Assembly: GCF_009914755.1 (NCBI RefSeq)
Contig: NC_060926.1
Direction: 5' to 3' (one strand)
DNA: 64,000 nucleotides
DNA from: the human T2T-CHM13v2.0 reference genome, Homo sapiens
Positions 13,130 through 24,630 of this stretch are shown here, piece by piece. The translations under genes and the position numbers were made by a program. The notes below the pieces were generated by a model. That model was given only the letters and a program-made list of their open reading frames with translations, searched no databases and was not told the DNA's origin. Positions within the stretch are counted from its first letter, which is position 1. Every line of letters starts with the position of its first letter.

Positions 13130-14570
13130 TCAAAAATGAAATGATATCTAGACATAAATCTAACAAAACATATTCAGGATCAGTGCACTGGAAATTAGAA
13201 AATGCTGATGAAAGAAATCAAAGAAGGCTTAAAAATTTGAGCCACAGCGTGCTCATGGATTAGAAGGCTCAGCATAGGAAAGATGCCAGTACTACCAAAA
13301 CTATTCTACATGCTGAACACAATTCCTAACAAAAGCTTAGCAAGAGTTTTTGTTCAAATAGACAATCTCGTTCTAAAATGCATATACGGAAAGGGGGAAA
13401 AATAAAGATAAGAAAGTGGGAGGAATCACTCTTCTTGGTGTTAAGGCTTCCTGTGTAACCACAGAAATCAAGACAGTATAGTTAGTATTGGCAGAGACAT
13501 AGACACATTGATCAACAGGAAAAAAACAGAGAACCCAGAAATAGACCCAAACAAATAGACCCACATGGATGTATTATAAAAGTGGAAAAGCAAATTAAGG
13601 GAGGAAGGACCACCTTTTCAATAAATGGTGCTGGAAGAAGTTGAATCTCCATAACCCAAAACATGAACCTCAACCTAAGTCCCACACCTTCTATAAAAAT
13701 TAACTCAAAACAGACAAGTGTACAATGAAAAATTCTAAAACTTTAAGTGAAAAAATACAGGGGAAAATCTCTAGGACCCAGGGCTAGGGGAGGTGTTCTT
13801 AGAATTGACACCAAAAGCCCAATCCACAAAAGAAGACAATAAATCAAACTCATCGAAATTAAAAATGTCTACTCCTCAAAAGGTCACATGAAAGATTTTT
13901 TTTGTAAAATCATTTGCAGACCACATATCCAACAAAGGACTTGCCTTTAGAATACATAGAAAGCAAACTCAACAATAAAGAAAACAAATCAATTAGAAAA
14001 TAACAAAAGGCAAGAACAGAGAGTTCACTGCTGAGCATATACAGATGTCAAAAAAAAACACATGAAAAGATGTTGAATATCATTAGTAATCAGAAAATGC
14101 ACACTTAAGCCACACTAAGATATGGCTATATGCATATCAGAATGATTAAAATGTTTTAAATGATAAAACCAAAATTCTGGTGAGTATGCTGAGAATCATA
14201 CACTGATGTTGGGAATGTAAAATGGTACAGCCACTCTAGAAAACAGTTTGGAAGTTTCTGTGAAACATGTGATGGTAGTTACCTACACATGTGATAAAAT
14301 TGCCTAGAACTATATGTACATGTGCACGCACACACGCAAACACATACAAATGAGTGCTTGTAAAACTGGCGAAATCCAAGTAAGGTCTGTGGGTTGTACC
14401 AACGTTAATCTCAGGTTTCATATTGCACTATATTTATGCAAGATGCATTCTTCCTTCAAAAGCCATCCATTAACATTGGAGGGGGCTGCGCAAAAGAAAT
14501 ACCGTACCCGCCCCCCGACATTTTTTATAGTTCCCTGTGAATCTACAGTTATTTCAAAGTAAAAAGTTCT
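13130..14570 (+). mobile_element. L1MC/L1MD-like 3' portion
   Basis: ORF2 C-terminal motifs ('gagaacccagaaatagaccc', 'gggaatgtaaaatggtacagccactctagaaaacagtttgg') and an L1MC/MD-type 3' end ('gtgaatctacagttatttcaaagtaaaaagtt'). Confidence 0.8.
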
Positions 14571-15354
14571 TTTTAAGGAGCAATCTTTTTCAGAGACAAA
14601 TAAAGAAAAAAACTATTTTCTGAAGACTCCAGCAATCGAGTTCCTAGATCAACTATAGATTTCTCTCGAATTCTTTGCAGACACTTGGAGAGAGATAATA
14701 GCAAACCGTAGCCTGAGCACAATGAGATGGGGTGGTCTGGGGGAGGGAGACCAGTCATGTCTGAGCAAATGGAATGCCTGTTCTGTGGTCATGACCCACT
14801 CGAGCTTTTTGAATAAATGTATGACTCCCCTCGATGGGCAAGCTGGGGCCTGAGCCTCAGGCCAAGCTTTGACCTTCTCCAGCCACACAGCTGGGTGCTG
14901 CTGCTGTGTCTCCTTTCCCTTCCTAGAGCATCTCTGGGAACTTAGGGAGCATCTTACATTATTTAAAAACATGGCTTCAGGCTTTAATCAATGAACCTGC
15001 AGAGGACAAACCTGGTTTCCACAGAAATCCGGATGGAGTGTGGTCTGCTCATGCAATGACATCTTCTGCAGCAGCGTTCTTGAGGCATTAGCACAGTATC
15101 GGAGTGAGAAAGGAAGCTGGCCTAGGCTTCACAGAGTTTGCTTTAAGCATAGGCTTGGCTAATTCCATTCTAATTAAATTTAGATAGAACCCTCCACCAC
15201 TCCAAAAATAGAACAAAAGTAAACTCTACCAGCTCAAAAATTCTGCCATGAGACATGTACTCTAGTTTGAAGCAAATGTTCTCAACAGAGACCTTCACAC
15301 TGGGATGGGGAGGCGTCCCTCTGTCCAGGGGACCTCAGAGCCATTTTCCTCTAA

Positions 15355-15714
<360 letters not shown>

Positions 15715-15900
15715 TAACAACAGCCAAATTCTATCAAGCATCTACTGTGCCGGGCACTCTCACGTTATCATGCCCACTTTGCCAATAAAGACACCTGGAT
15801 TCTGAGTGATAAGGTGATCTGCTCAAGGTCACACTGCCAGTAAGTGCTAGAGCTGGACTCTCACCCCCAGCTAACCCTAGTCCAAAGTGCATGCTCTTTC
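15715..15900 (-). mobile_element. MIR fragment
   Basis: 'gtgatctgctcaaggtcacactgccagtaagtgctagagctggactc'. Confidence 0.6.
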
Positions 15901-17003
15901 CAGCCCTCCATTTCCTAGGCGCCCAGCACTGTGGTCAATGTTATGAAAATGAGAACAAAACTAAGGGCCGTGCCCTTAAGGAGTGAGAGCCACATATGCA
16001 TGACAATGCAAGAGGAGTCACTGGATTCAGCGCATGTACACTAGAGCATGAGAACAAGACAGGTTAGAAAAGGGTGGTGGCCAGAGGGAAGGGTGGCTGG
16101 AGAGGAGCAGCACCTTGGAGAATAATAATAGCACTTGCGAAGTAACAGGTAGGGTGGGTATGGCATGGTTATTGTACTGTGGTGCCGAAGCTTGAACATT
16201 TTCACTTTATTTCATTTTCTTTTCTATCTAACTTTGACTTCCCAAAGCAGGTGTCCCTGAGGATGGGAACAAGTCAGTATATCAGGAAAGCTATAATGTT
16301 CATTATACTGTTTAATATATTTTATATTTTATTTTTGAGAAAAAGTGAAACATATTTTCCAACCCCACTCTGGATGTAGAACAGCTGACCTGCCAGGCGA
16401 GTGGGTCAAGCAGCCTCATGATAAAAGCAGTCATCATTTATTGAAGAAAATGTGTGGATCTTTCGTTCACTCACTTATTTATGCCCTTTTTTCCAAAAGG
16501 ATTTCAGGGAGTGAACAAACACCACCACGTGCTGAGGTTTTTACACTGGTTTCTTACCACCATGCCCCCAACATCTCTGGGAGGTGCATTCAGTTGTCCA
16601 CATGAGGGCAAGGGCCATGCACAACATGCTGTCTCCAAACTCTGACATGAGGGAAACAAGGCCACCTACTAGAGTCCAACTACATATCACATCACAAAAT
16701 ATGGACAAAAAGAAATCTAACTCCATCTTACAGGGAAAGAATGACCCACTCACCAGGATGAGATTATCTGACTAAAGACAATTAGTTACACAAAGGTTAT
16801 AGTTTATGGTCCTGAAGGACATTAACTAGTTTTGTATCTAACCCAGCAAACCTGTCCTAACATTTCTTTATGAAATTACATATAAATACCTAGCTCCTCA
16901 AATGCTCCTTGGACTGGTTTTCACATTTTACTGCCTCCATCATTAACTGATGAGCTAAATAAGCTCTTTGACATATGTTTGTTTTATATTTGCATCAGTC
17001 ATG

Positions 17004-19398
17004 TTTTTTTTAACTTTTATTTTACTCTCAGGGGTACACGTGCAGGTTTGTTCTATAAACAAGCTGTATGTCACAGAGGTTTGGTGTACAGATTATTTCT
17101 TCACCCAGGCATTAAGCCTGGTAGCCATTAGTCATTTTTCCTGATTCTCTCCCTCCTCCCACCCTCCATCTTCCAAAAGGCCCCCGTGTGTGTTGTTCCC
17201 CTCTCCATGCCTTCATGTGTTCTCATCATTTAGCTCCCACTTATAAGTGAGAACATACGGTGTTTGGTTTTCTGTCCCTGTGTAAGTTTGCTAAGGATAA
17301 TGGCCTCCAGCTCCATCTGATATGTCCCTGCAAAGGACATGATCTCATTCTGTTTTATGGCTGCATAGTATTCCATGGTGTACATGTACCACATTTTCTT
17401 TATCCATTCTATCATTGATGGGCATTTGGGTTGATTCCATGTCTTTGCTATTGTGAATAGTGCTTCATGAATGTATGCATGTGTGTATCTTTACAACATA
17501 ATAATTTATATTCCTTTGGGTATATACCCAGTAATGGGATTGCTGGGCCGAATGGTATTTCTGTCTTTAGGTCTTTGAGGAATCACTACACTGTCTTCCA
17601 CAATGGTTGAACTGACCTACACTCCCACTGACAAGCATAGAAACATACCTTCTACTCCACAACCTTGTCAGCATCTGTTATTTTTTGACTTTTTAATGAT
17701 AGCCATTCTGACTGGTGGGAGATGGTATCTTATTGTAGTTTTGATTTGCATTTCTCTGATAATCAGTGATGCTGAGCTTCTTTTCATATCATTGTTGGCC
17801 ACATGCATGTCTTCTTTTGAAAAGTACTTGTTCATGCCCTTTGCCCACTTTTTAATGAGGTTGCTTGTTTTTTCTTATAAATCTGTTTCAGTTCCCTGTA
17901 GATGCTGGATATTAGACCTTTGACATATGCATAGTTTGCAAAAAATTTTCTCCTATTCTGGAGGTTGTCTGTTCACTCTGTTGATAGTTTCTCTTGCTGT
18001 GCAGAAGCTCTTTAGTTTAATTAGATCTCGTTTGTCAATTTTTGCTTTTGTTGCAATTGCTTTTGGCATCTTTGTCATGAAATCTTTGCCTGTACCTATG
18101 TCCTAAATGGTATGGCCTAGGTTGTCTTCCAGGGTTTTTATAGTTTTGAGTTTTACATTGAAGTCTTTAAGCCACCTTGAGTTAGTTTTTGTTTGCAGTA
18201 GAAAGAAAGGATTCAGTTTCAATCTTATGCATATGGCTAGCCAGTTATCCCAACACGATCTATTGAATAAGGAATCATTTCCCCATTGTTTGTTTTTGTC
18301 AACTTTGTAGAAAATCAGATAGTTGTCGGTGTGTGGTCTTATTTCTAGGTTCTTTATTCTGTTCCGCTGATCTATGTGTCTCTTTTTGTACCAGCATCAT
18401 GCTGTTTTGGTTACTGTAGCCATGGAGTACAGTTTGAAGTCAGGTAGCATGATGCCTCCAGCTTTGTTCTTTTTGCTTAGGATTGCTTTGGCTATTTGAG
18501 CTCTTTATTGGTTCCATATGAATTTTAAAAATGGTTTTTTTCTAGTTGTGAAGAAGATCAGTGGTAGTTTAATAGAAATAGCATTGAATCTATAAATTAC
18601 CTTGGGCAGTATGGCCATTTTCATGATATTGATTCTTCCTATCCATGAGCATGGAATGTTTTTCCATTTGTCTGTGTCATCTCTGATTTCTTTGAGCAGT
18701 GGTTTATAGTTCTCCTTGTAGAGATCTTTCACCTCCCTGGTTAGCTGTATTCCTAGGTATTTTATTCTTTTTGTGGCAGTTGTGAATGGGACTACGTTCC
18801 TGATTTGGCTTTACTATTTTTGATGTATAGGAATGCTAGTGATTTTTGCACATTGATTTTTTATCCTGAGACTTTGCTGAAGCTGTTTATCAGCTTAAGA
18901 AGGTTTTGGGCTGAGACTATGAGGTTTTCTAGATATAGTATCATGTGGTCTGCAAACAGGGATAGATTGACTTCCCCTCTTCCTATGTGGATGCCCTTTA
19001 TTTCTTTCTCTTGCTTGATTCCCCTGCTTTGCCCTTTTTTTGTTTTGTTTTTTGTTTTTTGTTTTTTTTTTGAGATGGGGTCTCACTCTGTCACTGGGCT
19101 GGAGTGCAGTGGCGCTATCTCAGCTCACTGCAACCTCTGACTCCCTGGTTCAAGTGATTCTCCTGCCTCAGCCTCCCGAATAGCTGGGATTACAGTCACG
19201 TGCCACCACGCCCAGCTAATTTTTGTATTTTTAGTAGAGACAGCGTTTCACCATGTTGGCCAGGATGGCCTCGATCTCCTGACCTCATGATCTGCCTGCT
19301 TCGGCCTCCCAAAGTGCTGGGATTACAGGCGTGAGCCACCATGCCCAGCCTTTGCCCACTTTTTAATGAAGTTGTCTTTTGCTTGTTAATTTGTTCAG
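17004..19398 (-). mobile_element. 5'-truncated L1PA (about PA13-like) with an Alu and an extra L1 piece at its 5' junction
   Basis: Antisense L1PA 3'UTR ('ggggtacacgtgcaggtttg', 'ctcccacttataagtgagaacatacggtgtttgg') and ORF2. The - strand ORF 18505-18732 is L1 ORF2 ([14 protein letters not shown]...[10 protein letters not shown]). Candidate TSD 'agtcatg' at 16997-17003 and 19399-19405. Confidence 0.9.
19035..19350 (-). mobile_element. AluS (Sc-like)
   Basis: Antisense Alu with 'ggccaggatggcctcgatctcctgacctcatga' and TSD 'tttgccc'. Confidence 0.95.
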
Positions 19399-19489
19399 AG
19401 TCATGATTTTTAACCTTAGAAAAATTAGGCCTTCACAAGCTAGACATGAAAACACAAGGTATTGTCTCTGGAGCAAACAAGGGCTTTGT

Positions 19490-19700
19490 GGGCAGGCAGA
19501 TGTGGGCTCAAGTTAAAGTCTTGCTACCTACCAATCAGGACAATGTGCAAATTACTTCACCTCAGACATCTCCAGCTTCCACATCTGCAAAATAAGGATA
19601 ATATGCGCCTTGTTAATTTGTTGTGAAAATTAAATCAGATAATACACAAAAGCATTTAATTCATTGCATGAACCCAGTAAATGGCACCTATTACTATCAT
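19490..19700 (+). mobile_element. MIR
   Basis: 'cagcttccacatctgcaaaataaggataata...gttgtgaaaattaaatcagataata'. Confidence 0.6.
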
Positions 19701-20003
19701 AAATATGGATAATATTACTGATAACCATTGGATTATCTGCCTTGGGACCACATTGTCCCTTCCTATACTTGATTAGACCAGGCATGGAGACACGGGACCG
19801 AAATTTGAACTATAGAGAAGTGAAGTTGGAGCTCAGGCTACTAGTGCTGTTCCTGGGCCTCTTTCCTCCTCTGTTAAGTGAGAATAAAGTGAAACTAAAT
19901 TCACCTTCTTGCTGTGAGGGTGAATGAGAAATTGTGTACATTGTTTCAGAGAAGGTGTTTATAAAACTCTGCAAGATAGAACCTCACCTCCGAGTTCTGG
20001 CTT

Positions 20004-20221
20004 TCCAGGGCTCCGGTGGACACACCATGGCCCCAGTTCCCCCTTGAAAACTGGCAACTTTTGGCTATGTGTGCAAAGTGGAGGAAGCTGTTTTATAAAG
20101 AAATTAAACTTGACGTGCAGCGAAATGGAAGCAAAGGATCCTGAGGCAAAAGAGAAAGAACCAAGCATGAGAGAAAAAAGAAATCTTAGAAATCCTAGAG
20201 GATTAAAGTACCCGTATGAGG
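20004..20221 (+). repeat. Direct duplication, copy 1 (218 bp)
   Basis: Aligns to 21102-21320 with 8 substitutions and 1 indel by manual comparison (about 96%). Confidence 0.95.
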
Positions 20222-20819
20222 CCCAGGTCCCTGCCTGGGATCCACCAAGTACCCCTGAATGCTTGCCATAAATACTTCTTTATAGTTTATGCTGCAATGG
20301 AATGCTTTCACTTACTATTGGGTGACCTAGACTAACATTATTATTGCTATTATTATTAATATACCATTATCCTAAAGACTCACAGAGAATGAGACAAGGC
20401 TCCCATTTGCAGCTGTGAGGTCCAGCAAGTTGCAGGAAGGGCAGGACACAGAGCAAGGCTGGTTGCCCTGGGTTCTCCAACTTCAGCTCAGAGTAGTCCT
20501 GGAGGATCAAGAGACCAAGCCTCAGGCAGCCCCTGCATCAAACCTCGGCATCCTCACCTGTTTCTACATGATGAAAACGAAGTTCTCTTCCAGCCCACTC
20601 CACCAACATGTGCCCTTTTCAAAATTCACCGAGAGAAATCATCTGGAGGAGATTATGCAAATTCTCCATCCTTTGCAGGTGAACCCCACTTTAATAAATA
20701 TGCATCTGATTAACAAGGGAAGGTGTTTGCTTTGTAGATCTCACCTCAGTGTTCCTTCTGGAAGCCAGCTTTCCGAGTTCATTTAAACATGAAATTTCCA
20801 GCCTGATGTTTTTCATGTT

Positions 20820-21083
20820 ACACAGGGCAAGGGCATAGATCTTAAATGCATATTTCCTGTTGATAAACGCACACATCCATGTATCCGTGATCCAAATCAA
20901 GGCACCTGGGAGACCTTCATGGCCCTTCCCAGTCCACCTCTGGTCCCACAGGATGATCACTGCTCTGGTTTCTACCATCAGAGATCTGTTTTGCCTGTTC
21001 TCGAGCCTCATATAAATGGAGTGTTGGGGTATATCGTCATTTGAGTATGGTTTGTTGCACTCAGCATAAAGATATGGGATTTA
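20820..21083 (-). mobile_element. L1ME-like fragment, ending at the duplication junction
   Basis: 'tttctaccatcagagatctgttttgcctgttctcgagcctcatataaatggag...cactcagcataa'. Confidence 0.65.
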
Positions 21084-21101
21084 TCACCCCCGAGTGATAA
21101 A

Positions 21102-21320
21102 TCCAGGGCTCCGGTGGACACACCATGGCCCCAGCTCCCCCCTTGAAAACTGGCAACTTTTGACTATGTGTGCAAAGTGGAGGGAGCTGGTTTATAAAGA
21201 AATTAAACTTGACGTGCAGAGAAATGGAAGCAAAGGATCCTGAGGCAAAAGAAAAAGAACCAAGCATGAGAGAAAAAAGAAATCTTAGAAATCCTAGAGG
21301 ATTAAAGTACCCTCATGAGG
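21102..21320 (+). repeat. Direct duplication, copy 2
   Basis: See copy 1. Near-identical ORFs appear in the track (19959-20168 and 21061-21267). Confidence 0.95.
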
Positions 21321-21717
21321 TGCATTCCCAGCACCTCGTGCATAGAGACCAGCTGTCCAGAAACTCCCACAAAGACTGGCGGTGGGGGACATAGGCCGGA
21401 GGAGCCAGACCCGGTGAGGACCCGTGAGCCGGGGAGAAAGGAAGCTGCTACCGCAGGCTATGGAGGCCCATGTCAGAGGGCCCCGCTCCCTGTGAGCAAG
21501 CATGTGTGAGTGTGAGTGGGCATCTGTGGGAAGGCGTTTACGTGTGCCTGAGTTTCTATTTAGAGAGCAGATGTATGTGAGTCTTAAGTGTATGCAGTGT
21601 TTCTGTGTCTGGGTCTGGATGTGTTTCTGAATGTGCACTCATGCAAGTGTGTGTGCATCCGTGTGCAAGGCCTCACTCCTGCCCCTCGCTGGTACCTCCA
21701 ATCCCTGCTCACATTCT

Positions 21718-21919
21718 AAGGTGGAAGTGGGACCATGGTGTGGCCGTGGGAGTCCTGGAGAGCCAGAATTCAGGGGTGAGGTTCTGTCCTGCAGAGTTTT
21801 CTCAGCACCTTCTCTCAAACAATTTACACATTCTCATTCACCTTCACCATCACAGCAACTTACAGGGTTTTTATTCTCACTTTACAAAGGAAAAAACAGG
21901 CCCAGGGACAGTGCTAGTA
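21718..21919 (-). repeat. Old inverted copy of 19839-20045
   Basis: The reverse complement of 21718-21800 matches 19963-20045 ungapped with 14 mismatches in 83 nt, and looser similarity extends outward through MIR-derived sequence. Confidence 0.85.
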
Positions 21920-22340
21920 ACGAGGAAAGGAAGTAGCTCTAAGCCTACCCTGTCCAATCTCTGGCCACCAACTTCTGGGCCCAGCAGGCCACACATCCAG
22001 GGTGCTCCTCGGATGGGGACCCCAACCATCCCCCAATACCTTGCTTGGAGAAGAGGCCCACCCAGGTGCTGGCAGTCAGTGGTGGGGCGGAGCAGAGTGC
22101 AAGGCAAGGCCAGCTGCTGAGGCTTCGCAGCATCCCTCCGCCTGGTTAGCTCATCCCCGCATAAACAGTGGGTCGGGAGCCTGCCTTCCAAGTCAGCCAA
22201 TGCAATGGACACTGAAGGTAAGGAGTGCTATGACCCTGAGATAGTGCAGTTTAACTCCATCACAAGCAAAATAAAGATGCCATGGCCTCGGTTTTTTTGG
22301 AGTTACGTCCTATGTACCTTGCCCAAAAACCAGTGTCCTC

Positions 22341-22707
22341 TGCCCTATGATGTGAATGTTCCCTCCAAAACTCATGCTGAAATTTAGTTACCACAATGAC
22401 AGTATTAAGAAGAGGGGCCTTTACGAGGTGATTAGGTCTGCCCCTGATGAATGGATTAATGCCTTTATCATGGGTGGTTTAGTTATCTCAGGAGTGGGTT
22501 CCTGATAGGAAGGATGAATTCAGCCCAATTTTTCTCTCCGTGTTAACATCCTTCCATCCTGTTATGATGCAGCCTGAAGTTTTTCACCAGATGTTGGCAC
22601 CATGTTCTTGGACTTCCCAACCTCCAGAACCATGAGCCCAATAAACTTCTTTTATTTATGAATTACCCGGTCTATGGTATTCCATTATAGCAGTCAAAAA
22701 CAAAGAC
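22341..22707 (+). mobile_element. MaLR solo LTR (MSTC/MSTD-like)
   Basis: 'gaatgttccctccaaaactcatgctgaaattt...ggacttcccaacctccagaaccatgagcccaataaacttc...tatagcag'. Confidence 0.85.
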
Positions 22708-23125
22708 TCCACCACCAGTGGAGTGAGGAAGCCATTTGCCCTCGGCCTGTCTAGAGTTGCATTCCATACACATCAGCCAAGAACAGATGCCCTCTGCTTT
22801 GTGGGGAGCTGGGACACTATGGATTTCTGACCCAGCAGCCCACCACAGGACGACGAACGCAGCTGCCCCTGTGAGAGGAAGCCTTGTGCTACCCAGACAC
22901 AGGGAGAAGGCACAATAGGGTGCTGTCCTTAACATTCATTCTGTAGTCACTGTTTCCTAGTGCCTCGCTTTATACTTTTTCTGTTTCTACTTCAGAGGAC
23001 ATTTTTTGGTTTTCTGTCCTGGTCTAATGCATTATTGAAAGGCTTCCTGATCACCAGTCATGCATATGGAGGAGGCTCTGGCCTCATGCTTATGTAGATT
23101 TTTCTCTGGCCTCTGAAGTCTGCTG

Positions 23126-23300
23126 TCAGGCTCTGGAGAGCAACTGCAGCCGCCGGCACTGCCGTGCCAAAAACCCTGCATAGATGACAACAGACAGCAT
23201 CAGTCTGGCCAGGGAGCCCACCAAGGACACAAGATACCACAAGTCACAGCAATACTCGGTCCTTTCCCAACACTGGCTGTTGAGGTAAAACTGCTCAAAA
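23126..23300 (-). other. Candidate terminal coding exon or relic encoding a Cys-containing stretch plus one TM helix
   Basis: Good acceptor 'catctctttgcttatttttccag|' on the - strand, followed by FEQFYLNSQCWERTEYCCDLWYLVSLVGSLARLMLSVVIYAGFLARQCRRLQLLSRA*. Protein family not recognised. Confidence 0.3.
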
Positions 23301-24084
23301 CTGGAAAAATAAGCAAAGAGATGCAACGAGTCACACTCCTGAAAATGAACAGCAATTATTAACCTGCCCCAGGGCAGACCTGTCAGCCTCTCCATAAAAA
23401 AAACAAAGCTCAGAAGCCAGATCTCAGCCTGTTCATGGGCAGGCTGCCCAGCCAGCCCCCAGCCTTCTTTACACTCAGTTCAGCTCATCCATCACTGAGG
23501 CCACAGTTGTCTGGGGGGCCAGGTCTGCGCTGGGCACAGGAGCATGACAGGCCCACCTGCCCTGCCCTCATCTTACCCAGTCCAACCAGGAGATGAGACA
23601 GAAGGCTTCATTCATGCCACTCTGTGGATTGATCTATTCCACAGGTATTTACTGAGCACGCGCTGAATACCTAATTCTATTCTATCAATAGACAAATGGA
23701 GCTTATGTTATAGTGAGACGAGACAGAGAATAAACAAAGACAACATGTAGCTAACCAAAGGTGACACTGCTAATGAGCGATTAAAGCAGGGAAGGAGGCA
23801 AGGGGTACTGGGGAAGGGTGGTGTCACACATCCAAATGTTTTCAATAGAAGAGAGAAGCTTGTCTTCAGTGGAGAAAGCAAATCTGCACAGACCCCTGTG
23901 GGAGGGATTTGGGTGGGTGTTGGGGAGACAGCATGGTCAGAAGGAACAGCAGATGCAGGACCTTTGGGTAGGGAGTGCTTAGCAAATCAGGGACAACCAG
24001 GAGACCGTGGGTGGAGGCCGTGCTGGGCCTCAGATTTGCTTCTCTAGAGCTCAGGCATCTTCTGGAATGTGCTGCTGCCTTCTG

Positions 24085-24630
24085 GGGATAGTCATGCCCC
24101 TTGCGGGAGAGGTGGGAATTTGCAGGGGCCTGTTTTGGTTGTCACAGAGATTGGGAGCATTTCTGCCCTTTGCTGCTGGACCAGGGGTGGTGTTGAAGGC
24201 TGTGTGCAGGAAAGCCGCACCCCACGAAGAGTTGCCATACCCCAGACCCTCCAATGCCCACCAGGCACAGGCAGGACCTGCCCTCCGGCGCCACCACCCA
24301 CACCTAACTCTGCTTTGCATGCAGACTGAGGCGTGTGTGCCTAGTGCCAACACACAGTGAATGTTCCGGGACTGCCATGCCACGTAAAAAAAGTTCTCAT
24401 CACCATGGGCCTCCGTCTGTGGCCACAGCACATTCACCCAGCCCCTGACTCATGGTGTCGTCCGGCTCATGGTGTCGTCCGGCTCACGGTGTCGTCCAGT
24501 GGAGCCACGCTTGGCATTTGCTTATTGAAGTGCCTGTCATTTTACTTAAATTGTTTGGTGTTGTTTCTCTTTTATATCAAGCACAGCATGGTACAGTTTT
24601 TGGAGATGGTGGGTGTAGATGGAGGATACT
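24085..24630 (+). mobile_element. MER20B-like hAT DNA transposon fossil
   Basis: 'gaatttgcaggggcctgttttggttgtcacagagattgggagc' and 'ttggcatttgcttattgaagtg' resemble MER20/MER20B. Confidence 0.55.
24449..24497 (+). repeat. 17-bp minisatellite (ctcatggtgtcgtccgg), about 2.9 copies
   Basis: Directly visible. Confidence 0.9.

Noticed and set aside
18505-18732. ORF resembling a reverse transcriptase protein
   Set aside because: It is a fragment of L1 ORF2 in a truncated, mutated L1PA, not a host gene.
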